Positions 28,564 to 36,479 of a stretch of DNA of 64,000 nucleotides are shown piece by piece. The translations under genes and the position numbers were made by a program. Source of the DNA: an uncultured bacterium (lineage in GTDB: Bacteria > Pseudomonadota > Alphaproteobacteria > Rs-D84); NCBI GenBank assembly GCA_950096895.1, contig CATNBF010000002.1, positions 25,086 to 89,085 on the forward strand. Direction: 5' to 3'. Every line of letters starts with the position of its first letter. The stretch's first letter is position 1. The notes beneath the pieces are model-generated. The model had not been told where the DNA came from, did no database searches, and saw nothing but the letters and a program-made list of their open reading frames with translations.

Positions 28564-29618
28564 TTCTTGAATAATGCCGATAAAATCGCCCCCAGTATAA
28601 TCATTTGGGTTACCGCCAATACCCCAAGTCCCGTCAGACTGGTCACCATATTGGATGCAGACATAAATCCGGCCATGGCGGCGGCCATGGTTGCCACTGC
28701 GGCGGCGGGGGCAAAGCTGGCCCGGCGGCGCAACAAGGATGTCCGCAACATAATCAAAGCTGCAATGGCCGCCAAGATAATATTCATCACCGGCCCCAAG
28801 AGACGCGTCGCCAGCTCGCTTAACACGCTTTTGTGCTGCTTGGCGGTGTCATTACCGGTCACGGTTGTGATTAATTGCCATGTCGGAATGCTGCGCACGC
28901 GAAAGCCCGACCCACCTGCGCGGTCTGCCACATTTAGATCCATGTCAAATGTATCAAATGTGCCAACAGTTACGATATTTCCAAACATCTGCAGGGATCC
29001 ATTGGACATCACAATTGACAAGCCACGCCCGGTGGTGACCAGCTTGCCTTTCTCGGCAAAAATGGTCATTTCGGATGTGGAATCACGCATGTCTGATAAC
29101 ATAACTTGGGATAAATCGTGGCCGGCGACGCGATCAACATATACAACCAATCCCGGGGCCATTTCGGTAAAGGCCGATTCTTGCAATTTCATATGGGCCA
29201 AGCCATAGCGCAAGTTCCATTGTGTATCATAAAAATGCGCCTGGGTTGCGGGAACAATCCAGATATTTAAGACAAAATGAATGGCCGCCACCACACATGC
29301 AAATCGTAACGCCGGCCGCGCCAGCTGTCCCGGCGACAGGGTTGATGCCGCCATCACCGTTATTTCATTATCTGCGATCATTTTGTTATAAACGAAAATG
29401 ACCGCGATAAAGGTTACAAATGGCATAATAATCGATACAATAAATGGCACCATTAACACGGTTAGACCCAAAAAGGTGCCGAATTCGATACCATAATTTA
29501 ACAGGAATTTCATCATCGACATAATCTGAACCATCCACGCCAGCCCAGTCAGCACCAGCATCAGCATGACAAAAATCGTCACAAATTGGCGGGAAAAGTA
29601 ATGCGCAATAATTCTCAT
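28560..29618 (-). CDS. LPS export ABC permease, LptF/LptG (YjgP/YjgQ) family
   Basis: Start taken at MRIIAHYFSRQF. Three TM helices, a periplasmic beta-jellyroll segment, then three TM helices, as in LptF/LptG. I cannot tell F from G by eye. Confidence 0.8.
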   Translation of the reverse strand: MRIIAHYFSRQFVTIFVMLMLVLTGLAWMVQIMSMMKFLLNYGIEFGTFLGLTVLMVPFIVSIIMPFVTFIAVIFVYNKMIADNEITVMAASTLSPGQLARPALRFACVVAAIHFVLNIWIVPATQAHFYDTQWNLRYGLAHMKLQESAFTEMAPGLVVYVDRVAGHDLSQVMLSDMRDSTSEMTIFAEKGKLVTTGRGLSIVMSNGSLQMFGNIVTVGTFDTFDMDLNVADRAGGSGFRVRSIPTWQLITTVTGNDTAKQHKSVLSELATRLLGPVMNIILAAIAALIMLRTSLLRRRASFAPAAAVATMAAAMAGFMSASNMVTSLTGLGVLAVTQMIILGAILSALFKK

Positions 29619-29699
29619 ACCTTGCAGTATAAAGCCCAAAAGCCAAGGCGTCAAATTTTAATTTTATGATCCCCTGTATTGGGGAACGCGCTTTTTTTC

Positions 29700-29728
29700 T
29701 TGCAATTGGGCGATTCGGGGGTCATAAT
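29700..29728 (+). promoter_or_regulatory. Candidate sigma-70 promoter of nusA-infB
   Basis: TTGCAA (29700-05), a 17-nt spacer, then CATAAT (29723-28), about 90 nt upstream of nusA. Confidence 0.35.
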
Positions 29729-29814
29729 TAAGGCGTTCTTAAAAAAATTTTTAAGGGCGGGGTTGCAAAACCCCGCTCTTTCCATAAAAAGGCAGCAAAG
29801 TAAGGAGAAAGCAA

Positions 29815-31350
29815 ATGTCTTTTGTTTCTATGCCCCGGCAAGATCTGTTGTTGGCGATCGATTCATTGGCCCAAGAAAAGCAGATTGATCGTGAAATCGT
29901 TATTGAATCGTTAGAGGCGGCAATTGCCAAAATCGCCAAGCATAAGTATGGTGAAGAATTTAATATTGTTGCCACGATTGATCGCAAGAATGGGGCAATT
30001 TATGTAAAGCGTTTGTTCGAAGTGATTGCATCGCCAGAATCGGTCGAAGAATATGATCCGAATACAATGCTGACCGTGGATGCGGCCAAAAAGTATGCCA
30101 AGAACCCATCTGTTGGGGACGTGGTCGAAGATCCGTTGCCGGAACCAGAATTTGGGCGTATGGCATTCCAGACCGCCCGTCAAATTATGACAGGTCGTGT
30201 CCGTGACGCTGAAAAAGGACGTCAGTACGAAGAATTCAAAGACAATATCGGGGACATTGTGTCCGGTGTGGTTAAACGTATTGAATTCGGCAATGTCTTT
30301 GTTGATATCAATGGCAAGGCCGAAGGTTATATCAAAGGAACAGAATTAATTCCAGGTGAACGCTTGGCCGTGGGGGATCGTGTGCGGGCACTGATTATGG
30401 ATGTCGCACGCAGCAATTCGGGCCCCCAGATTTTTTTAACCCGCACACATCCGATGTTCATGGAAAAGTTATTTGTCCAAGAAGTACCGGAAATTTACGA
30501 AGGGGTGATCAAGATCAAGTCTGTATCACGTGCGCCGGGGTCCCATGCGAAAATTGCCGTTGAAACATCCGACCCATCGATTGATGCGGTTGGGATGACC
30601 GTAGGGATCAAGGGAACCCGGATTCAACCGGTGATCAATGAATGCCACGGTGAAAAAATTGACGTTATTTTGTATTCTGATGATCCGGCGGTCTTTATCG
30701 TTAACGCAATGCAACCGGCCAAGGTTGCCAAAATCATCGTTGACGAAGACACACGCACGGCGGCGGTTGTTGTTACCGAAGATCAGCAATCATTGGCCAT
30801 TGGGCGTCGCGGTCAGAATGTGCGTTTGGCATCGCAACTGACGGGATGGAATATTGACGTTATGAATGAAACCGAAGAACAGGAACGTCGTGCCAAAGAA
30901 TTCAAGGAAAAGACCGAACTGTTTATCAAAGGGCTGGATGTGGATGAAATGATTGCCCATCTGTTGATTACCGAAGGTTTCCGGACAATCGAAGAAATTG
31001 CCTTTGTCGATAGCGCGGAATTAGAATCAATCGAAGGATTTAATCCGGAATTGGCATCAGAGCTGCAAATGCGGGCAAAAACATATTTGGAAAAAATCGA
31101 ACAAGATTATTTAGATGCCGGTCATCGTTTGGGCATGACAGATGATCTGTTGATGTTTGATTTTATCAAACGGCCCATTATTATGAAACTGGGCGAAAAT
31201 GGTGTGAAATCGTTGGGTGATCTGGCGGATTTGGCATCGGATGAATTGGTGGAAATCCTGGGCGAAGACACAATGTCGGCCCGGTTGGCGGCACGTGTCG
31301 TGATGAAGGCGCGTGAACTGGCCTATGGGATTAGCCAAGACGAAGAATAA
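29815..31350 (+). CDS. nusA: Transcription termination/antitermination factor NusA
   Basis: N-terminal domain (LLLAIDSLAQEKQIDREIVIESLEAAI), S1, two KH domains (LAIGRRGQNVRLASQLTGWNIDV) and C-terminal acidic repeats. Shine-Dalgarno TAAGGAGA. Confidence 0.95.
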   Translation: MSFVSMPRQDLLLAIDSLAQEKQIDREIVIESLEAAIAKIAKHKYGEEFNIVATIDRKNGAIYVKRLFEVIASPESVEEYDPNTMLTVDAAKKYAKNPSVGDVVEDPLPEPEFGRMAFQTARQIMTGRVRDAEKGRQYEEFKDNIGDIVSGVVKRIEFGNVFVDINGKAEGYIKGTELIPGERLAVGDRVRALIMDVARSNSGPQIFLTRTHPMFMEKLFVQEVPEIYEGVIKIKSVSRAPGSHAKIAVETSDPSIDAVGMTVGIKGTRIQPVINECHGEKIDVILYSDDPAVFIVNAMQPAKVAKIIVDEDTRTAAVVVTEDQQSLAIGRRGQNVRLASQLTGWNIDVMNETEEQERRAKEFKEKTELFIKGLDVDEMIAHLLITEGFRTIEEIAFVDSAELESIEGFNPELASELQMRAKTYLEKIEQDYLDAGHRLGMTDDLLMFDFIKRPIIMKLGENGVKSLGDLADLASDELVEILGEDTMSARLAARVVMKARELAYGISQDEE

Positions 31351-31458
31351 TTTGTAGTGTCCCAGGTACCGTATGACCGGATTTGGATGTTTTATCTGGA
31401 TCACGGGTACGGTACGTTATGACGGGGCACTACTTGCGACCAAAGGGAGCAAGAATAC

Positions 31459-33840
31459 ATGGCAACATTAACACTGGGGAAATCTGTGACACTGGACAAG
31501 GTGGCAAGCAAGAAAGGCGATGCCGTCTTTGTTGAACGGCGTCGGCGGGTGGTGGCACCCGGCACGCGTGAGCTGCGGGATGAACCAACATCACCGGCAC
31601 CGGCCCGAAACGCGGCGGATGAAAAGCTGCGGGCGGTTTTGGCGGCAGCCAAGGCGCGTGAAGAAGAACGCAAACAACGTGAAGCAAACGAAGCTGCTGC
31701 TGCTGCTGCCCGTGCAGCGGAGATAGAACGCGAAACGCGTGAATATGAACAGGTAAAAGAACAACTGGCCGCCCGTGATGCGGTTACCACCGAAGACGCG
31801 CCGGCGGATAAACCCAAGGCCAAAGAAGCCCCGCAAAAAGTTTATAGCAATAACGTTGCACCGCGCGGCAAGGCATCAGATGACGAAGATCTGCGTCCGG
31901 GCAATAAATTTGCCAATGGCAAGCGGGACTTTAAGAAATCGGGTAAAATTTCCCTGCATGATATTGTGATGGGGGATGGCGAAGATGATGACGAAATTGG
32001 TCTGCGTGGGGCAAACCGTCGACGGTCAGAGGCATCGTTAAAACGCTTTCGCGAAAAGGCCCGTGCCATCTTTACCGCCCCGGCCAAGGTGGAACGCACG
32101 GTAACACTGGGTGATACCATCACGGTTAAAGATTTGGCGGCGGCCATGGCCGAAAAGGTGGGTAACGTTATTAAAAAGTTAATGGAAATGGGCATGATGG
32201 CGTCCCAGAACCAGTCGATTGATGCCGATACAGCAGAATTGATTGCGACAGAATTTGGCGCAACGGTTAAACGTGTCGATGCCAAGCCTTATGCGGATCA
32301 GATGGAACGTATGCCGGATCCGGCAAAATTGCAACCCCGTGCGCCGGTGGTAACTGTTGTGGGGCACGTTGATCATGGCAAGACATCTTTGCTGGACGCG
32401 TTTCGTAATGCCAATGTTGTCGCCGGCGAAGCGGGTGGTATTACCCAGCATGTTTCTTCGTACGAAGTAAAAACAAAGTCTGGGCCAATGATCACATTTT
32501 TGGATACGCCGGGACATGAAACATTTACTGCCATGCGTGCCCGTGGGGCCCAGATGGCAGACATTGTTGTCTTGGTGGTGGCGGCCAATGATTCTATTAT
32601 GCCGCAAACCGTCGAAGCGATTAATCACATTCGTGCGGCGAACGTACCGTTTATCGTGGCGATTAATAAAATCGATTTACCAGAGGCCAATGCCCAAAAA
32701 GTAAAATTAGACCTGTTACAACAAGAGGTTCAGGTTGAAGAAATGGGTGGCGATGTTCAGGCAGTAGAAATATCTGCAACGAAAAAAATCAATTTAGATA
32801 AACTGGAAGATGCCATTTTACTACAGGCAGAAATGATGGAATTAACCGCAGACCCAGAAATGCCGGCGGTGGCCCACGTGGTCGAAGCCAAGATGGAAAA
32901 AGGTCTGGGGGCGGTTGCCACTATTTTGGTCCGCCAAGGCACTTTAAAGATTGGTGATGTATTCGTTGTAGGTGAAACATTCGGCCGCGTTCGTGGATTG
33001 ATTAATTCGGCCGGTATGCGGGTTAAATCGGTAAAACCAGGCCAGCCTGTGATGGTTCTGGGGCTGGATGCGGTTCCCAATGCCGGGGATGAATTGCGCG
33101 TTATGGAAACAGAAAGCCAAACACGCGAAGTGGCCCAATATCGCATGCAAAAGGCCCGGGATAAGGCTAATGCGGTTAAACGGTCATCGCTGGAAGAACT
33201 GTTTGCGCGCCGTGACGACAGCAAGAAATTAACCTTGCCGATTATTTTGCGGGCCGATGTCCAAGGCAGTGTCGAAGCGATTACAGACATGCTGGGCGAG
33301 ATTAATTCGGACAAGGCCGGCGTAGAGATTCTGTCGGCGGGCGTTGGTCAGATTACCGAAGGTGATATTCGTCTGGCGGCGGCATCGCACGCGGTAATTA
33401 TTGCCTTTAACGTGCGCGCGGATGCGGCGGTGCGTGATATGGCCCGTGGATCGAATGTTGATATTCGGTATCACAGTGTGGTTTATCGCATTACCGATGA
33501 AATCAAAGAAATCCTGTCGGGTAAATTGGCCCCCGAACGGCGCGAGAACTTTATTGGCTATGCCGATGTGATCCAATTGTTCACAGTGGGCAAAGGAACA
33601 CGGGTGGCCGGTTGTCGTATGACCGAAGGAACAATCAAAAAGGATGCCTTTGTTCGTTTATTGCGTAATAACGTGGTGATTTACGATGGAAAGATCGGCG
33701 AGCTGCGTCGTGAAAAGAACGAAGTGAAAGAAGTTTCAGGTGGTGTTGAATTCGGGATGAGTTTTGATAAGTATAACGACCTGAAGGAAGGGGATCGCGT
33801 TGAATGTTACGAAGTTGAAGAAATCAAGGCGAAACTGTAA
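31459..33840 (+). CDS. infB: Translation initiation factor IF-2
   Basis: Charged A/E/K-rich N-terminus and a GTPase domain ([26 protein letters not shown]). The C-terminal domains end in ..[12 protein letters not shown]. Confidence 0.95.
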   Translation: MATLTLGKSVTLDKVASKKGDAVFVERRRRVVAPGTRELRDEPTSPAPARNAADEKLRAVLAAAKAREEERKQREANEAAAAAARAAEIERETREYEQVKEQLAARDAVTTEDAPADKPKAKEAPQKVYSNNVAPRGKASDDEDLRPGNKFANGKRDFKKSGKISLHDIVMGDGEDDDEIGLRGANRRRSEASLKRFREKARAIFTAPAKVERTVTLGDTITVKDLAAAMAEKVGNVIKKLMEMGMMASQNQSIDADTAELIATEFGATVKRVDAKPYADQMERMPDPAKLQPRAPVVTVVGHVDHGKTSLLDAFRNANVVAGEAGGITQHVSSYEVKTKSGPMITFLDTPGHETFTAMRARGAQMADIVVLVVAANDSIMPQTVEAINHIRAANVPFIVAINKIDLPEANAQKVKLDLLQQEVQVEEMGGDVQAVEISATKKINLDKLEDAILLQAEMMELTADPEMPAVAHVVEAKMEKGLGAVATILVRQGTLKIGDVFVVGETFGRVRGLINSAGMRVKSVKPGQPVMVLGLDAVPNAGDELRVMETESQTREVAQYRMQKARDKANAVKRSSLEELFARRDDSKKLTLPIILRADVQGSVEAITDMLGEINSDKAGVEILSAGVGQITEGDIRLAAASHAVIIAFNVRADAAVRDMARGSNVDIRYHSVVYRITDEIKEILSGKLAPERRENFIGYADVIQLFTVGKGTRVAGCRMTEGTIKKDAFVRLLRNNVVIYDGKIGELRREKNEVKEVSGGVEFGMSFDKYNDLKEGDRVECYEVEEIKAKL

Positions 33841-33869
33841 AACAATCCCGGCATTGCCGGGATTTTTTG
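33841..33869. terminator. Intrinsic terminator after infB
   Basis: atcccggc-att-gccgggat followed by tttttt. Confidence 0.75.
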
Positions 33870-33986
33870 TATCTGGTTAACGATAACCTGGGGATCTGTA
33901 ATATTGTGCCCATGGGGGTGATATTTTTTATCTTTTGTGCAGTGAAATCCAAAAGCGCAGCACAATGGTGCCTTGGATCTAATAGA

Positions 33987-34631
33987 TTATTTCTTGATAA
34001 CGTCAATGCGGCCCCGGTTATATTGTGCGATAAAAACATCATCTGGATCTTTGATGCGTTTTTCCCGCAGCTTTTTCATCAACCATTTTTCTGTATGTTT
34101 AATCAATGCCAGATTTTCAATGACAATATTGCCATTATCAATCAAGATAATGGGATAGTCTTGGGTACGGCGGCGCGTAATGCTTAATGTGCCATTGGGT
34201 TCAATCTGGGCCAGTTTAACATCTTTGATAGAATGAATATTTTGATGGCGCATTGCGGCGGCGACATCGCGGGCATTAATGCGCATTTTCTTCATCATGG
34301 ACGCGTTAAATTCGCCGTTTTCAATAATGGTTTTTGGTGTGCCGACAAAAATGCGCCGGCCAATATTCGTTCGAAATGTTAATCGATTCAGAATATAAAG
34401 TAATGTCCCATAAATCACTACAATAATCAGATAGTCGATAACGGTTATCTTGTCATCCAAAATCATGTCAGACAAAATCGCCCCCAACAGAAAGTTCAAT
34501 ATGATATCCAACGGGGTCATTTGCTTTAATTGACTGGTGGCATTAAAGAATTGCAGAAAAAATGCCACAACCCCGATGGCCAAAATCAGCTTTATTGTCA
34601 CCAATCCATAAAGAAATAAAAAATTAAGCAT
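33987..34631 (-). CDS. DUF421 (YetF-like) membrane protein
   Basis: Three N-terminal TM helices and a YetF-type C-terminal domain (IIENGEFNASMMKKMRINARDVAAAMRHQNIHSIKDVKLAQIEPNGTLSI). Confidence 0.7.
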   Translation of the reverse strand: MLNFLFLYGLVTIKLILAIGVVAFFLQFFNATSQLKQMTPLDIILNFLLGAILSDMILDDKITVIDYLIIVVIYGTLLYILNRLTFRTNIGRRIFVGTPKTIIENGEFNASMMKKMRINARDVAAAMRHQNIHSIKDVKLAQIEPNGTLSITRRRTQDYPIILIDNGNIVIENLALIKHTEKWLMKKLREKRIKDPDDVFIAQYNRGRIDVIKK

Positions 34632-34741
34632 AGCAATAGCATATCATTGTTATCACGCCCCCGCCCAGCGGATACAATTCCCAAATCTTGGAAAATAATG
34701 CTGGTAATTTTCAAAAACATATATTATGATAGGGGCCGTTG

Positions 34742-34817
34742 GCCGGTGTAGCTCAGCTGGTAGAGCATCTCATTCGTAATGAGGGGGTCGTAGGTTCAAG
34801 TCCTATCACCGGCACCA
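34742..34817 (+). tRNA. tRNA-Thr (CGT)
   Basis: GCCGGTGTAGCTCAGCTGGTAGAGCATCTCATTCGTAATGAGGGGGTCGTAGGTTCAAGTCCTATCACCGGCACCA. The acceptor stem GCCGGTG/CACCGGC pairs, and the anticodon loop is TT-CGT-AA. Confidence 0.95.
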
Positions 34818-34827
34818 GAAATAGATA

Positions 34828-34856
34828 AAGGGGATTGTTCCCCTTGTTTTTTTATT
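34828..34856 (+). terminator. Intrinsic terminator after tRNA-Thr
   Basis: aagggga-ttgt-tcccctt followed by gttttttttattt. Confidence 0.7.
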
Positions 34857-34932
34857 TATTAAAAAATATTTGACATTTTATATTTTTTGTCTATTATATA
34901 TTGGAATTAAGTTCAATAAGAGGATTTTACAA

Positions 34933-35634
34933 ATGATCAAATTATCGGAATTGGTTCGGATAAATCATGGTGGAAAAATTATTCAGCATCAATTGGATGA
35001 GAATGGTTTTATTGTTCTCTATCGCATGATAGCAGAGCATATGCACACACCTGTTTATTATCCGGATGGACGTTTGGTTCCGAATACAGATTGTGATCCA
35101 TTTATTGATGACAAATTGAATCGCACCCGTGTGGGTGTGGTTGTTGATTCTGTATCTGGGCGGATTGTCCGTCGTGATGAATTCAGAAATGAGTTATATG
35201 ATGTCGCCTTTGGATCGGATTATATATTGGATATGCATGGCGGTATTTTGACTGATTTATCAAAACCGGCCCCAAAATATAATGATATTGCGTTGGTCCC
35301 AACGGTTCGCCGGCCAATCCCACGTCGTTTAGCAGATGTTGTGCCCAACGGATTATTGGCCAATAGAAGCGTTCAATTTGTTACGGATTATCAATTCTAT
35401 CAGGTTCCAACATCTGATATTGAAATCCGAGAACGTAACGGCGAATTAATGGAAATGGCCCAGGATAAAAATTTGGATTGTAATGATTATGAATTTTTAA
35501 CCAATTATGCCCATATAATCCAAGATGTCCATACGGCCTTGTTCCCCGAGAAAAATCTTTTTTCTCAGTATGCCCAGATTCGCAATATGTTATTAAAAAA
35601 TACATTAATGAAAAAAATGGGTTTGATGAAATGA
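34933..35634 (+). CDS. Hypothetical protein, tandem paralog 1
   Basis: ATG at 34933 preceded by AAGAGGA. Shares motifs with the next ORF (PVYYPDGRLVPNTD vs PLFYANGQMIKNTD; DMHGGILTD vs NLHGGTDAPD; FLTNYAHIIQDV vs NYLTQYVNQMRH). I recognise no family. Confidence 0.6.
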   Translation: MIKLSELVRINHGGKIIQHQLDENGFIVLYRMIAEHMHTPVYYPDGRLVPNTDCDPFIDDKLNRTRVGVVVDSVSGRIVRRDEFRNELYDVAFGSDYILDMHGGILTDLSKPAPKYNDIALVPTVRRPIPRRLADVVPNGLLANRSVQFVTDYQFYQVPTSDIEIRERNGELMEMAQDKNLDCNDYEFLTNYAHIIQDVHTALFPEKNLFSQYAQIRNMLLKNTLMKKMGLMK

Positions 35635-36317
35635 TCGACTTTGAAACATGGGTTCGATTGAATGAACGGCCAATATTTTCTATGCCGGTGATGGGAAATA
35701 CATATGGTATTTTCGGTTTGGATTATGGGGATATAAAACCGTTGTTCTATGCCAATGGTCAAATGATCAAGAATACCGATCGCCCAGAATATGCCGCGGC
35801 CGGTGTAATCCGTGTTGAAAATAATGCAATTTTGCATCGATTTGATGAAATCAATCGTCGCATGTGGCAGTTTTCAGACCTGGGGGGGATTATTCGGGGA
35901 AATTTGCATGGGGGAACAGACGCCCCGGATGGCTGGTTAAATATGCCGGTAATTCCACATATCCCAGGGCCAGAATCTGATCATGGGGATCAAGACAAGA
36001 TTGTATTTGATGACAAATCTATGCTTTATCGTGGGGTATATTGTGTGTCGGGGGCATCGGTGATGATTCATGCCTGGGATGGTGTGTTTCAGTTGCCATT
36101 GGCCCGCCATCAGATTCAATCACGGCATGCGGAATTAGAACTGTTTCTGATGGATAATCCGAAATTAAGTCTGCGCGGGTTTAATTATTTAACCCAATAC
36201 GTGAATCAAATGCGGCATTTAGAATATAGCGCAGGCCAGCGGCAAACACCCCTGGATCGATACGAGTCCCAGTTGCGTGCATTAAGTCGTTTGTTTTACG
36301 GCGGCATGGCCCGATAA
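35631..36317 (+). CDS. Hypothetical protein, tandem paralog 2
   Basis: ATGA overlap with the previous ORF and the shared motifs listed there. I recognise no family. Confidence 0.6.
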   Translation: MIDFETWVRLNERPIFSMPVMGNTYGIFGLDYGDIKPLFYANGQMIKNTDRPEYAAAGVIRVENNAILHRFDEINRRMWQFSDLGGIIRGNLHGGTDAPDGWLNMPVIPHIPGPESDHGDQDKIVFDDKSMLYRGVYCVSGASVMIHAWDGVFQLPLARHQIQSRHAELELFLMDNPKLSLRGFNYLTQYVNQMRHLEYSAGQRQTPLDRYESQLRALSRLFYGGMAR

Positions 36318-36324
36318 TCGAGAC

Positions 36325-36353
36325 TTGCAATTTAGAAAAATTCATTGTAAAAT
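36325..36353 (+). promoter_or_regulatory. Candidate sigma-70 promoter of the ileS leader
   Basis: TTGCAA (36325-30), a 17-nt spacer, then TAAAAT (36348-53). Confidence 0.4.
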
Positions 36354-36421
36354 TTTGATGAAATGAATCAGGTAACAATAATTATTCGATAAAATGGTCA
36401 CGTGCGCTTTGGCGACGGGCC

Positions 36422-36446
36422 TGGGCGCATTGCGCCCATTTTTATT
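36422..36446 (+). terminator. Intrinsic terminator/attenuator 34 nt upstream of the ileS start
   Basis: tgggcgc-att-gcgccca (7-bp GC-rich stem) followed by tttttatt. It lies between the promoter-like element and the ileS ATG. Confidence 0.6.
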
Positions 36447-36479
36447 GAAATAAATACAACATACAAAGGATGACCCACA

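Noticed and set aside
28390-29208. A 272-aa plus-strand ORF, and similar long antisense ORFs (25958-26593, 31401-31823, 32757-33314, 53239-53721, 54645-55034, 5551-6075).
   Set aside because: Each is fully antisense to a confidently identified gene (lptF/G, surA-like, infB, the Cys-rich proteins, the adaptor). Their compositions are Ala/Arg/Ser/Pro-biased and low in complexity, as is typical of shadow frames.
34818-36479. Looked for mobile-element boundaries around the tRNA-Thr-adjacent orphan genes: an integrase, or a direct repeat of the tRNA 3' end.
   Set aside because: There is no integrase or transposase-like ORF, and I saw no copy of the tRNA 3' segment (ggttcaagtcctatcaccggcacca) downstream. 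I therefore report the region only as a possible islet, not as a mobile element.
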